64,000 nucleotides of DNA from Lepisosteus oculatus (lineage: Eukaryota). Every line of letters starts with the position of its first letter. Position 1 is the stretch's first letter. Shown piece by piece: positions 14,161 through 28,611 of the stretch. The stretch is taken from positions 31,516,586 through 31,580,585 of the forward strand of contig NC_090710.1 of assembly GCF_040954835.1 (NCBI RefSeq), given 5' to 3'. Below the pieces are notes generated by a model, which saw only the letters and a list, made by a program, of their open reading frames with translations, was not told the DNA's origin and ran no database searches. The translations under genes were made by a program, and so were the position numbers.

Positions 14161-17100
14161 TTGAGTAGTTCAGAATAGCCCGCAGGCGACACTGTGGAGT
14201 CTATCGATGTATAGGCATGCACAGTGCTGACCCGCTCAGGTACTGTGTGTGTCTCTCTAGCAGTCGTGGCTGCTGCTGTCAGGAGTGGTCAGAGTGCTGC
14301 ATCCACAGCTGGAAAAGGACCAGACTCTGCAGGGTGCGGCTGTTGTACCCGCCAGCGAAGAGCCTCTCTCAGATCTGTTCAGCAACAGCGCCCAGCTGCA
14401 TTCATGGGCACAAACGTAAACTGCTCTGGCTGAAAGTGTCGGGCAAATAAAATTGTCATAAATGTCTGAGATTTTTGCTCTAGGCGGTTACGAAGCCCCT
14501 AATGGCCACGTTCGAAGAGCACAAAAATCATTTAAAACGTCCACGTGTATTGCAGAGCACCGAAGCCATTCAATGCCACCAAACTGGTTATTACTCTGTG
14601 ACATGCCCTGGTTCCAATACGTCTTTACAGGGCTGGGGGCACAGTACGGAGTTTGCTCGTTTGTCTGATCGGGATTTTTACTTCTTCATCCAGGAGAGAT
14701 GTGTGAAGTAGACTATGGGTCACCTCTTTGAGATTCATCATTTCCTTGAATGTGTAACAGACCTTGAAATCTCCCTTTGTGTGTGTCCAGTGTTCATATC
14801 AATTGAGAAGCACCAAAGACTATTGACACTTTAGCATTTATTAATAGTTCAGTCCTGACCTATCCTCCAGTTTGATTTTTCAGTTTGAGTTCCTTTCATG
14901 GAATAAAGGGAAAAGGGCAACAGGGCATACACTGTACTCTGCTGAGGTGTTGGATGTGATTTTAACCCTGTCATCAGGTGCCAGAATACTAAATGTCTAT
15001 TGTATTAAAACAAATCAGTGATCCCACTTTCCCTTATGGTTTTAATTTTAGGTGGTTTTGAATTTCAAGTGCCAACATTTCATCCAACATTAGGCAAAAG
15101 GAATGCACTAAATTAAATGTTGTACAAATAGAGTTCTGAAGGGATGGGTAAACACCATTGTAGCTGCAACACAGCTACCAAGAACATACTAAATTCATTT
15201 TGTTAGTGATTGTCAACATATCACCACTATACATCTATTTAAAAAAGAGATGAAAAGGTAGTATACTGTAGGTGACTATGGGCTTTAGGAGGGCACAACA
15301 CAGCTACAGTGTCAGCTCTGCAGAATCTACTCATTGAGAATAAGTCTATAGTCTTGTTTCTCTGAATGTTTATTATGACGTTCTGTTTGTCAAGATGTAA
15401 AAATAAAATTGTCTGTTTATGTATTCTCACATCATGTAGTCAAAACCAGATTTTTATGGCCTCAGGGCAGAAAACAACATGTACACACAGACCAATATAT
15501 ACACCTTAGTGCATGCCAGAAACCCTGATTGTTCCTAAGTTTGTTAACCTGAGCAAGTCTTATAGGTATAGTTGAAAAAATACAAAGACATTTTAGGATT
15601 TTGAGTTATAGCTTTAGGAAACAGCTGAGGACTTATTCACAGAAGTGGATTCACTGACACACTTTATTTGATGATGGCTCAGTTAAATTGAAGTAGTTTA
15701 ATGAAAATGCCATCAGATATTCCCCCTGGCTCTGTATTAGCGTGAAAGCGATATAACTGGTAGGATATTATAGGTGCTATTAGGATACTGGTTATGTGTG
15801 TCAGTTCTAATCAAGGTTGAAGTTCATTGTTTCCAGATTTTGCTTCAATTTGTCCTTCTAAAGTCTCGACTTGTCTGTAGTGGAGTCTTTGTTTTCTTCC
15901 TTTCTCTCCTGGTTGACATATCTTTTAATGGAAGACCCTCTGGAGGGACACAGTGGGGCTCACTCTTTGCTGCCTGGGATAGTCACTCTTTACAGCTGGC
16001 ACTGGTTTATATGTAAGTCCGAGACAGAAGGAACTGTTGGTCTTTACTCCCTGTGCCCCAGTCTGAGTTTTTGCTGCCCAGTTTGACAGGAACTCTGCTG
16101 GGGTTTTGGATGGTCCTGAGAGAGCCTATAATAGAGTCACCAAAACTGATCTTTTCTCTTTGTCCTTGTCTTCCACTATTCACTCATGAATAAATATTTA
16201 TGTTTGATCTAATTTCTCTCTCACTCAAACAGTAATGTTTTGTGTAATATCAGTAATACAGTTGACTTCTAAGCCAGGCAGAAAGTCATATAATCAGATT
16301 TTTTTGCCTCATGAATGGAAATGCCTTTTTAATGGCAGTGCGTGAAACAGTGATGTATATTTAGAAAATCCTTCCACACGCAGAACTGGATACTTATTCA
16401 GATCAATTTTCTTTCAAAGTTCTCATTTTTGCCCTGGCCTTTGGCCAGTCAGGGAATCATGAGTTTTTCTTCTTCAAGACAAAAATACTTTAGTTTTAAA
16501 TGTTGATCTGAGATGCCGATGCTTAATGCCCGGCAGCCTGCCTAATTTAATGAATTGCGCACGTATGTGTAAAAGAATTTCAGCATGTTGTGAGTCACTA
16601 GACCCCTGAACTCCCTATCAGGTTAGGAATGTTTGTCCAGCAGATGATGAATAGTTTTAAACTGAAAAGGGTCAAGAAACCTGCTATGAAAAAGAGGTTA
16701 CTAATTACTCACTCTCTCATAGCAGGAGTGTTTCAGGTAGAAGGCACAGCAATGGTCAGGAATTTTCAAAAGGATCTCTGCTAAACAAAGCTGACAGTTC
16801 TATTCAGAGCCCGTACACTATACGGCACTTTCTTTTTCATTTTGTTTTCTGTCAGCTAATATTTTTTCATAACCTGTCCTTTGGGAGAAGATTAATGCGC
16901 CTGAGCAAATGTTCATTCTTCTGGTGTTTTGTTCGAGAAAGAAGGAGAGGGCCAAGTCAAGACAGGGCCAGTTTTCCAGCAGCTGTCCTGTACGGTTTCG
17001 TCAAGAAGTGTTCATCTATGCTACACCGGCATGCTGTTTTGAAAACAGACTTCTATTAATTGGATATTCCCTAAAATGTTGAGTGAAACTCCTCTAATTT

Positions 17101-19139
17101 CCTAATTAAATTGTGGAGCCACAAAGGCCATGGAGATGGTGGGGACTGGTTCAGGATGGTTGTGGGGGGGTGTTGGTAGGAGAGCTTGAGGCAAGAGGCC
17201 AATCATTGTTAGGTTTATTAACCAAATTGTTTTTAAAGGCTTTTCTTATTCAGAGACTTGAAGTCACCACAGAATACTAAAGCCTTTCAAAACAACAGGC
17301 CTGTCCACCTGCCTGACAAATCTCAGTACTGGGATGGGAGACAAGTGGTACGACCAGCAGGGGGTGCTCTTCCCTCTCTCCTCTCTCCCCCCCCTGCTGT
17401 GTTACTACTACAGTCCAGCAAATCTGTGAGGGAGAGTTTAAGACAGAGATCCGAAAATTATTTGTACGGTTACAGATCATTTCACAGGGATGAGCTGACT
17501 TTGTGATGTGCATTTTTTGCAAGATACTACAGAATTGCTGAAAAGTACACGGTTTTTCCCCAAAAAATCTTGTTAAAAGATGTTATAATAATGAACACAG
17601 TTACAAGATGTTACGGTTATGCTACAGCAATGAAACACTAAATCAAAATGACTCCACAGTGCTCCCTTAAACTATGGCAGCTTGTGTAGAGCATGTAATA
17701 CTTTAAGTAAATATTGGAGGAGTTGGCTTTGTTCATATTTCTCATACCATAACCCTTTAGAGCTCTGTGTTTCTTAATGTATTCAGTGTCATGAAATAAC
17801 TGTACAGAAAAGACAGATGGCCCAGTAAAAATCAAACTACATATTTGATCAGTCCCAGAGAATTAAGGGCAGGGCAGTAACTAGAGCAAAGGTGTGGCAT
17901 AGTTATTTTGCATGCAATCAAAATACAAAATACAAGAAGACGTTTATTGGTTGTTGGCAATGCACTTCATTAGGGCTAGAGTCTTTTTTACGATAGGGTC
18001 AGCTTTAGTACTGAGGGTTAAAATTGGAGGTAGACATTAAGAATGAAGGTTATGATCAAACACAGGCTTTAAGGAACAAGAGTTAGGATCAGTCTTAGGG
18101 TTCAATTAAAGGTCAGAGCCTGCTACATCTTTGTGTGCAGGGGAGTACATTTTTATAATAATAATGTATTATTAAGTTATTAAAACTAATATTTTAAACC
18201 CTTTTTTCATGCAATTTTCACACATTGTGTATTACCATTTATTTGTGATTTGTAAGTCTGTTTGAATGAAAACTTTAATTCACACAGTAACACCAAACCA
18301 GGTATGAATGAGAACTTAAATCTGTTGGTTTTGGAGTTGGGGAGTCGGTATCTGCGTTCTCATCGGAGTAACTGGAAATGATTAAACAAGGGGCATGAAG
18401 CATCATCGCAGATGGATTTTGCTTTACGCAAAACACGTCTAAGATGGATGGAGGAGAGGGCTGGGAGATCAGCACCAATGACCTCCTGACATATTGTCTT
18501 GTCATTGTTGATACAGTATGTTCTTACCAAATAAAAACCTTTTCAAGTGACCAGATCCTAAGATTACCTAACTGAAGTCTACTGTGCTTTATTCATCACT
18601 ATCAGAAAGTACAGTAGATCCTTATCCAGTGCTTATTTAATAAAGCAGAAATACAGACACTGTAGGTGACGGTAAGTCAGGCTGGAAAGTGAGAAGCTGC
18701 TCGTACGTCTTGGAGGTTTGAAAAGGTCAACAACAACAGAAAAATCACCAGGCACATTCAGCAGACTGAAGGGAATCTGGAAGAATGGAGAGCTACTGAA
18801 AATGGCCAAGCTGGGGATTCTGAATGCACCTTGACCACCTTATACAGCATGTGTAAGACACGGACTTTGAAGAGAACAGAGAGAAAGCTTGAATGTGTTT
18901 AAGATGAAGAGCTATAAGCAGCTTCTAAAAATCAACTGGACACAGTAGTTAAAGGTTATAACATAAAGGAGGAAAGACCTAAACAGACTTAGGAAAATCC
19001 ATAGAAATGTCAAAGTTCAGAAACAGGCACTATCATATACAGTAAGCAGAAACAAAGATGACGGAATGCTTGCTGGGACAGGCTCTGGACCTCCCGTGAT
19101 TCCGTACTGGATAAAGCAGTGAGAAAACGGGAAGGCCGT

Positions 19140-19700
19140 GACGTTGTGGACAGAGCCGCGGAGTCAACTACAGGGCACGGAAGACCATCGCGGTGTGAGG
19201 CTGGCAGGGACCGAAAACTACTGTAAGTGTACCGCTGTGCCTCGTGACCTCCAGGCTGGGATTACCCCATCTAACGGGGGGCCAGCCTGGGGAAAAAAAG
19301 CCGCCAGCACAGCGGAGATCGGACTGGACTGACCCTGTTGAGCGGGGTCCAGTCTGGTGGAGCCGGGCGTGTCAGGCAAGGACAAGACAAGAACTCCGTG
19401 TGTGAGGAAGGTGTGTGTGCGCGCCTGCCCCAGTGAGAATACGTGATGGGACCAGCAAAAAGAAAAAGAAAACCTGACGCAGGTGCAATCCCCCTCCGGG
19501 GCTGTCGGTCTAAACTCCCCCTTCCGGGCGTGTCCAGTGTGTCTTTACAGGACCCGCCCCGCTGGGGCTCAGCTTCTGGAAGCCTGGACAGCCGGATTAC
19601 AAAGGCGAGACGTCGCCCTTCGACCAGGGCTCCACCCTACCCTGGGCACTTGTCTCTGGTACAGTTCAAATACTCCACAGTGAACACTTTCTAAGGCTAC
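19140..19700. promoter_or_regulatory. CpG-rich island with no recognisable ORF (candidate promoter / non-coding transcript start)
   Basis: High CpG density (ccgcgg, cgcgg, gcgcgc) in otherwise CpG-depleted surroundings. Confidence 0.3.
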
Positions 19701-20269
19701 TGTACCGGTTCCTCTTTTTTCTGCGACTTCTTCTGGTTCTGCCTGGTTGTCAGTCCTTTTCTGGGCCTGTGAGTGTCAGTCCTGCTCGAGCTGTCTCTTA
19801 GCAACATCCTCCATCGTTTAGAGCGGGGGTGCTTTTTTTCCTTTTTCATGTTGGTCCGTGTGTGGTCACATGATGAGCATCTCCATGAATGTTTGGGAAA
19901 GTCCACTTTAAAGAGAGGCTTGACGGCTGTGCTGTGATCTATCACGATGTTGTCTCATTTCTGCCCTGCTCTCACTGAACGAGTACAGCCGTTCTGCAAT
20001 TTTCCACTGCGCTCCAAGGAAAGCAGTGATGAAAATGTTCTGTGATCTTATTTATTCCATGTGCTCCAATTCATTTCCTTTTCTGTTACTCCTTGATAAT
20101 ACAGATTAAGTATGTGTTCCATTATTAAAACATCTGTAACTAGTAGGAGCAGTTCCAACATTATATTATAGTTTTTTTTTAAATCTACACTTTCATGCTT
20201 GCACCACAGCTTTGTTACCACAGAAAGATGGCTAATTAACCAGTCATTTCCTTAATTAAATTTCCCTTA

Positions 20270-20415
20270 CATTTAGGTGTGATTGATTTCAGTGTCTGCA
20301 ACAGACTGGTGTCCCACCCTGGATGTATCCTGCCTTGTGTCCATTGCTTGCCAGGTTGGGCTCTGGCTCCAGCACGACCCTGGACTGGATAAAGTGGTTA
20401 TAAAATGGATGGATG
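20270..20415 (+). mobile_element. SINE family B 3' fragment with (ATGG)n tail
   Basis: ...cctggactggataaagtggttataaaatggatggatggatg. Confidence 0.7.
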
Positions 20416-21124
20416 GATGATTACAGTGTTTAAAAAGAAAGGCAGAAAAAGAAAAAAAATATTGCACATTATAGCTGAGGACATTCATCACAGAAATGGT
20501 TTTGTTTTTATTTTTGGCGCTGTATCAAGGAGATCAAGATCTGTGATGTCCATAATCTAATTCTCTTAACATGCCCCCAGAGTATTGATCTAAAGAATTA
20601 GTCGAGTTGTGTTTGCTGAGAGCCTTGCGCTGCTCGTTAGTAAGTTAAATGTGATGTAGAGCCAGAGAAAGGTCATCTCCCTGAAGCACCCCAGCAACGA
20701 CCAGAGGCTAAGATGTGTTCATAATTAAAATACCTCCATTGTCCTACTGCCATTTTCAGCAGATTCTGAGACATCAAGGGCTCTGAGAATCCAGGCCTTG
20801 TACTGTATAGAATTATACTTCTACAGTAAGACATTTTGCATTTTGCCTAGTCCCGATAATAGCCTGTGAAGGAATATCATCTTAATTCTGGAATATTTTT
20901 CTTCTTATTTTTCCAATTAAGTCTCCGGCCCTTCAATTCTGTTGTTCTGTTTAACATTTTTCAGTCTCCTATTTTTATAGGTTGTCACTATCAGTCATAT
21001 TCTTTCACTGCTGTGGAACTGTTCACAGTGCAACTCAAAACTTCAAATAATATACTTTAGTTCATCTTGAGACTCGTGTTCATTTTAGAACACAAGCCGT
21101 GTTGATGGATGGGATGATCTGTTC

Positions 21125-21320
21125 ATGATAAAAGAGAGGCAGGGTAGCACAGTGGCGAGCAGTGCTGCCTCGCAGCAATGGGGCCCTGTGCTTAATGCCC
21201 AAGGTGCTGTCTGTGTGGAGTTTGTATGTTCTACCCTGCTGTGAGTTTGTGTGTGTTTGTGTCTGTGTGTGCCCTGCGATGGACTCATGTCCAGGGTGTA
21301 TACGAACCCCCCAAAAATTC
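21125..21320 (+). mobile_element. SINE family B 5' fragment (tRNA-like head)
   Basis: ggcagggtagcacagtggcgagcagtgctgcctcgcagcaatggggccctgtg...gtgtggagtttgtatgttctaccc. Confidence 0.75.
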
Positions 21321-22344
21321 GGCATTGTGCCACACGCAAACTAGGTACATCAACTGAGGTACTGACTGTAATAAACACTCATATTTACTAAACAATATTT
21401 GATGCCTCCTGAACTTCCTACTGTACATATCCTAATTATTCTAACAAGGAGCCCAATACTGAGAAAAGTGTATTTCAGCTTATATAATGTCCATAAACTC
21501 AGCTTTGATTGTTTGGATGAAATAACATTACTCTAAGTAAAATCATTATCGTTCTATAGGTTTATAACCTGCCGTAACAAAAAAAAAGATTTTTATTAAC
21601 AAAAGATCACAGATAAAATCTTAATCAGAATGCACTTATACATGAGTCTCTGAGTCTCCTCTGTAAGCTGCAGCCAAAACGTTCTAGAATGTTTGCCATT
21701 GCACTATTAAAAAATTGCATAATGTAGATATTAAATATTTAAAGACTTACAGACTCAATTCCTGCAAAAGCCATGTCATTTATTGGCTAAAGCTGGAGGT
21801 CTTTTTGCAGAGGAATGTCTCTTTCAAAGCCTTGCTTTCATTTACCATCTTGTTTACAAAAGAGTACACAGTTTAGAGCAGCGATAAGGAAAGGGGGTCT
21901 TGACACAAACATCGACAAGAATGAAGCATTTACATAAAATGAATTTCATGAGAGCTCTTGATTTAATGTATCTGCTAGAACACTAAACAAGATGAAAGAT
22001 AAAAAAAAAGATCAAGGAAAGGCACCACTGTAAGCAGCTCACTGCGCTTAAAAAAAAGCACACACAAAGAATAGGACAGACAGCTGAAAGGATGGAGAGA
22101 TTAAACAAATGGTGTTTGTTTAAACAGAAATTCAGGTGGGGCTCAGTTTTAAATCTCACACTTCGTCTTGTCTCCCGGCTGAACGCGAGGATGAGCTCCC
22201 CTCCCTCCAGAGACTTCACTGCGGCTTGTCCTCCGTGTCTGATACCTCGTCAGTGATCTCCGACCAGCACTGTCACTTCCTGAACCAGACGAGCCACACC
22301 CACATCACCCAGTATACGGTCGGTACAGCCCCTACCAGTCATGG

Positions 22345-22435
22345 CCTCCTAATAATCCCCCTCTCTGAACTGGCTTCATCACTCTGCTCTCCTCCCCACT
22401 GAGAGCTGGCGTGTGGGGAGAGGACTGGAGAGTAA
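22345..22435 (+). mobile_element. SINE family A internal fragment, inverted relative to the adjacent copy
   Basis: ctaataatccccctctctgaactggcttcatcactctgctctcctccccactgagagctggcgtgtgggg. Confidence 0.7.
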
Positions 22436-22505
22436 TCGGTCAATTGGTGCTCATTTGAATTTCAGAGGTCTGGCTAAATTCCTATGACGAAACCAGACAA
22501 CACGT

Positions 22506-22508
22506 CCT

Positions 22509-22553
<45 letters not shown>

Positions 22554-22800
22554 GTTACACTTATATAGGGCTTTTCTGGACACTCCACTCAAAGCGCTTT
22601 ACAGGTAACGGGGATCCCCTCCACCACCACCAGTGTGCAGCCCCACCTGGATGAGGCTCCAGTCCTCTCCCCACACACCAGCTCTCAGTGGGGAGGAGAG
22701 CAGAGTGATGAAGCCAGTTCAGAGAGGGGGATTATTAGGAGGCCATGATTGGTAAGGGACAATGGGAAATTTGGCCAGGACACCGGGGTAACACCCCTAC
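22506..22800 (-). mobile_element. SINE family A, 3' half with (TTA)n tail
   Basis: (TAA)16, then ttatatagggcttttctggacactccactcaaagcgctttacaggtaacgggg... Confidence 0.85.
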
Positions 22801-25800
22801 TTTGTTAGGCAGGATGCCCTTTGATGGGTTTGCAGGCAGTGTTTTGTGATGGGCAGTCACATGACTGTTCTGGGTAGCATGAGCCTCCCTTAAATGAAGT
22901 GCCTGGTGTCTGGGATTTGGTCTTGCTTCAGGTAAAAGGCAAGAGGTGTGAAATCTCGCTGGTCAGGCGGTGCAACTGTGTTTAAGCGTACACTGCACAC
23001 ACACACACGTGCACACAAGCGTATGATCGCAAATTAGCCTGCTTCAGCTGCATGTGCGGCATACTGGGCTTGCACAGGTCAGTGCTGTAGGTTGCTCCAC
23101 AATTCCCTGACCCTGGGAGCTGAAACGTTGCACCACTTTCATGCACGTGTTCCTTGGTCCCTCACTACAAGCTCTGGAAGGCAAGAAACCCACTGTGTGG
23201 TCGACAGGGTTATTAGATACGGAATGACTGCAATTAGGGAAGGGGGAGATTTGTCTACGTTTCCACATTCCTCTAAACATCCAGCCAGCGGAGCAAAAGA
23301 GATTCACCCATTAAAGTCATGGAACATTCAGTTTTAGTTTGTTTCATTGATTTCGTACTATAACTCACATGCTGGATTCTTGTGTACTGGCACCAATACA
23401 AGCAATGCTAAATATTTTATTTAGAAATTCCATTAACCACTGCACAGATCAGTCCTTGAGCAAAGATGTATTAGAGACTTGGCACGAGTCAAAGGGAGCT
23501 TTCTTGGAAAGATGATTTCAGAACATTCACACGTCATCTTTAATAAGGTAGTCTGGCTTATTGCACCATTCATGTGATATGTTTCTGCACTGCAAACTAA
23601 CTTCTAAGAAATGCTGTACACCAAAAATACATACATATATCATTTTGTAAATATTTAAAGTAGCTCTTTCTGAAATTAAGTCATTTGTAAAACTGAAATT
23701 AAATTAATAAATAAAAATGGTAAAATAATTGGTCATTGTTTTCACAAATGAACTCTTCACCACTGGTCTGGAGCCGAGCCTAACAAGGGTGTGGAGGATC
23801 TGAGTTGTGGTCCAGTGAGTGTGGTCCAGCTATGCACCTCAACTCCCCAGAAGGGTTTTTCACTTAGGAATCTCTATGGCTGGTTACAGACACAGACAGG
23901 ATGGCCTTTTTGAGTGTGTGTGCAGTCCAGTCACACTGTGCATCAACAGGAGTGGTAACCGAGTCTTCACCGACAGCAGCTGTGAGCTCACAAGCGCCTG
24001 GCAGGTGACAGGGATTGCTGCTGCACTGGGAGCTGAGGATGTCCAGTACTACCACAGAGGAAGGCCTGGTCACCCTGGTCTAATCACAGAGCTCACACCT
24101 GAATTGTCAGCGTCTCGACTACAGGATTCACATTCTGAGCGTGTCCCATTTGTAAGCGGCAATTGTGTTTTCGCGGATCAGGTCATGTGCTATGTCCAGC
24201 CAGCGGTGACCGGCTGTTGCGTTAAGTGTCTCCGAATCGGGGTGCACACTGCGAGCCCCCGGACAGGGACGCAGACGATGGTGGTGCAGGAAGATATATT
24301 AGGGACTTCAAGAGCTCGATGTGGTCATGATGGAAATACTGTAACACACATTAAAAGGCATTTCCAGACAAATTGCTCCAATGAAGTTCAACAACTCTAA
24401 ATTTTAGGGCTTACCAGCAAGATCTTATCTCAGACCTAGTGACCTCATTGAAGGTGAGCCCTCATGTGCTTCAGTCTAGCCCCTCAGAATACTCCTGGAG
24501 GCACCTACAGCCTGTACTGAGAGTGGATTTGGTGCGTAGTGTTGTCTTGTCGGATGTTATCAGGGCTCTGATTGCAGACATGTGAAAATTTAAACAGTTG
24601 TGAATGCATCAACTGCCCTGAGAATGGGTCTAGTTGTTGAACAATCAACACTGATTAGCACATTTTTTTCTTTCAATGTAAATGGAGGACTGGTCTCACC
24701 CAGTTGTGCAGCTTGTACAGTACAGTATGTCATCATACTTTGTCTTGTCAAAATGGAAATGACAAATTCTGTATGGAGAGACACTGCATTATAATGATAT
24801 CCCCATATCATTTAAATGAGATTCTTCTGTAGCCTAATTGTATCGTATAAGAGCTGCTATTTTTCAAAATAAAAATTATGACTTTTACATTTAAAAAAAT
24901 CCTTATAAAATATTTTGGAAGACATCTAGTTTATGTCTTATACTGTACATGTAACTATGTTCAGTTTAACCATGTAATGTAACCATCAGAGATATATTAC
25001 TTGTTTGATGTCCTCCTGTTCTACTGAGATCTGAACTAGGTGTTTACGAGTACAGTATAACTTATTTGCTAACTTTTAATGATTCTTTCATTTAGCTATT
25101 TATATCTAAGATATTTATTTTAGCTTGAACATATGGAATAGAACTACAGCATCAGCCTGTTGTAATGATAAAAAAGAAGTTGTGGTTTCCACATTATGCA
25201 TTTGCAAGGTACTAATAATTTAATGTAATGGATTTAATTAAAAAATACATATTACAGAAAAATTGGATTGATTTCCTTCCTAGTAAGGTCTAGAACACTA
25301 TATTATTAGGCTAAATAACACATTCTTGGTACATATCCCATATCTTTCTTATTCTTGTAATATAAACAATAATTCCTACTTCTATGTTACACATTTACAA
25401 ACTCAGTTCAAAACCGCCACTTCCAAAAATACTTGTGGTTGTTGAACAAACAGTTTACTTTTCTAAGGAAATGTTTGAAATTGTTCTGTTGTAAAGAATG
25501 AACAGTTGGTTTTGAAATCTGAAAAATAAGCGCACTACACAAATTCCAGATCAGATCAAGAAAACATAAAGCCGGGGATTTCTCGTGATAAACCTCGAGT
25601 CCTTCTCATTCTTTCGAACAAGCTGAGATCGCGTGAAAGCAGTCCATTTGCCACCAATATGAAAAAAAAATCAAGTGCCTCTCGACAAGCATCCATCAAT
25701 GAATTCATCAAGTATCTATGTCACCAGTTTTGGGGAATGTACACACAATATCTGTTGGGATAATGCGTGAAGAACCTAAGAAATGGATGAAGATGTCCTT

Positions 25801-28611
25801 TAGAGCCGTCCAATATTTGTTTCTCCCTGTCATTCTGCCTCGCGCCTTAACTGAACCACTTAATTGAATAATTGGCTGCCTTTTCCAGGTACTAATAAAT
25901 AGCTCTTCAGTGGCCCTGCAGAAGCTACCATTAAAAGTCTGCATTGACTTGACTGTACTGGCCCCTGTCATCATGGTATGCAAAGGAAAAAGTAAAGGTT
26001 AATTCTACACTGAAAAAATACTTTGTTTTTGTTTTTCTACTTACTAACCTCTGTTTATTCCTTAGCAGCACTGACACAGCTCCTCATTCGCATCTTTTTT
26101 TATTTCAAAATGCAAGCAGGAGGGAGCAAATGACTCTATGGCTGTCGTCTTGGTTGATTCCTGTTCCTTTTGTCATTCAAATGGCCATCGTTTCCAGGAA
26201 CAGACCAAGCATTTAACAAATGTTTAAGAGCATGATAACAAGGAAAGAGATTCTCTGAGGCGTTTCCAGAGTCAAAACCTTCAATCTTGTTTAATCTAGT
26301 TACAGCTGAGAGATGATAATAGAGTACAGTCCAGATGTATAACTGTTATCCAACCTTTCTGTAAACAAGAAACAATTATGCTGCGAGTCTCTAAACAGAT
26401 GTCTGATCTAATCAAGAAGAACACTGCCCTTGTCAGCTACATTTCTTCTGGGCGTGAATAATGTAATAGGTGACTAACCCAGCGCTCCAGGGTGGTACAC
26501 TGCTGCTCTGAGATGTCTGGGGAGATGAAGCTCACTGCTTGAAGGAGTGAGAAGAATGGTTATTTCATCAGATGAACATCTGTCAAATACAACATCATTC
26601 AGTCCTTCAAAGTACAGTGATTCTCAGCTCATGACATGGACAATCTTTTAACTGAACCGCTTTAAATTATTCATAATACAAGTTACATGTGTCACCTCTA
26701 GGCTATGCATTAACAACACACACAAACATATTCAGTAAACACTCAGTCTAACGGACTACTGGGGGCAAGGGGTGTCTCTTATTGCCAAATGTCAGTAAAA
26801 ACACAAATGATTTTTTTCAGGCCAAAAACACTATTATATGACATTATATATACTATAATATGTATATGCTCTCTGGGTATTTTCATTTAACAATTGCAAT
26901 CAACACAGTCAATGAAAATTGTGTGCCTTCTTGGTCACAACTATAAATTATTTATTTCTTGACCAATAAGTATTACCTTATAAAAGTTGCTAGAGCATAG
27001 AAAACACAAACCAAACCCATCATAAACAATAGACCTACCCATATAGGGGACCACTGATAATTCCTGAATATGAAATCTATGTAGTCTTTATTTTTTAAGG
27101 TTTTATTATTTGTGCATTTCCCCGTTATTGCAGGGAAAGTTCAGTAATTCTGGTTTAGGAGATTTTGTCCATTAAATCCCAAGTCCATTTAACCGAAGGT
27201 TCGCTGATGTTTATATATGCTATATGTGTGTCTCGATCATCCAGCTAATAAGTGTCACTTATAGGGGATTATCAATACTCTGCTAATACATGTTTAAATA
27301 CATTGAATAAATGAGACTGAAGGATTTTTAATATATCTTTCATATTACACCATGACAGTCTCAACATCATTGTAATCATAACTCTTGTAACCTGATGCCT
27401 GTACTCTGTGCAACCAGTAGTGACTCTGGTCACCGATGACCTCACATTGGTTGAAGGTTGTGTTTAAAACGCTTCTTTGTTAACAACGCGTCCTTGTAAT
27501 TCTGACATAAAATACGGAGACTGCAGGCGGCTACAAATTATTCAAGAAAACATTTTTTCAGAGAAAGACAGGAATGGAAAGTCGTCTAGTTGCCGGATGA
27601 GGGCGGGTGTGTAGAAATGAGAATTGTAACTTCTGTTATCTGGCTGTAAAGAGAGCTCAGCCAGGGGAGACCGGCAGAAAAAGAAAAAGAAAAAGAGAGA
27701 GACCTCTTCTTCCTCCCATGCTACTGTGCCTAGACTTCAGCCGAAATAAAGGCCTGGCGATCGCTGCACACTGAATAAATACGGAGACTCATCAAAACCA
27801 GAACAATGTTGTGTATTTAATGCCGCTCAGGACAGTATTTCCTCAAGGAACCGATCTGCAAAAGCTTGAGTGGTGGTTTTCTTACCACAACTATGACCGG
27901 GGGGGGGGAAGAGGGAGGTTTATTTGCTTATTTCAAATTTCTACTTTCCGTTAAAAAAAAGGCTGTTAACTTACATTCTGTCACTAATAAGTGTGAAAGT
28001 ACCTTCCACATACTGGTCTAATTCAGGCTGCGGATGGAATGCACATGCTGTCGGTTGTACACCATGGTGTCCACAAGCAATGAGTCTTTAAAAAACATCC
28101 CATGCATCTAAAGTCCAATGCTTGCCGCTTATCTCTCTGTACCATTACCCTGTGTTTATTTTTAAATGAAAATTAGAGCTGATATAAGAAGATTTATTAA
28201 GGCCCATTAAAGATTATATTAAGGCCCATTAAGAAAGCAAGTGTCAAGTGTGGTTAAATGGACAAGGGTAACTTCAAGCTGAAAAGTTACAAATCTTTCA
28301 CCTCGAAAAAAACCTGGAGACATATCGTATCATTTACCTATGTAAATCATCTTGATGATGAAAAACACATAACCTCTTGCTCCCTAGGACTCAATTCCAT
28401 AAAATTAGTCATGCAAAATTAGTCAATTAGCAAATGAGTCGCTGGAATACAGTGTCAATGTGAACAGCTGTAGTTATACATCAGTTAAACACTGTGGATT
28501 TTATTTTTTGGAGAGGTTGATATTCATACTGTATATCCAAACACATTCAGAACTACTTGGATCTCAACTAAAACTTCAATGCAAGAGCGTACTGTATATA
28601 AGCTACTTCAG

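Noticed and set aside
19697-19945. Minus-strand ORF ending in a highly basic tail (KKEKKHPRSKRWR...KKSQKKEEPVQ*) next to the 19.1-19.7 kb CpG island
   Set aside because: Low-complexity, no recognisable family, and no supporting splice signals. It is kept only as context for the CpG-island finding.
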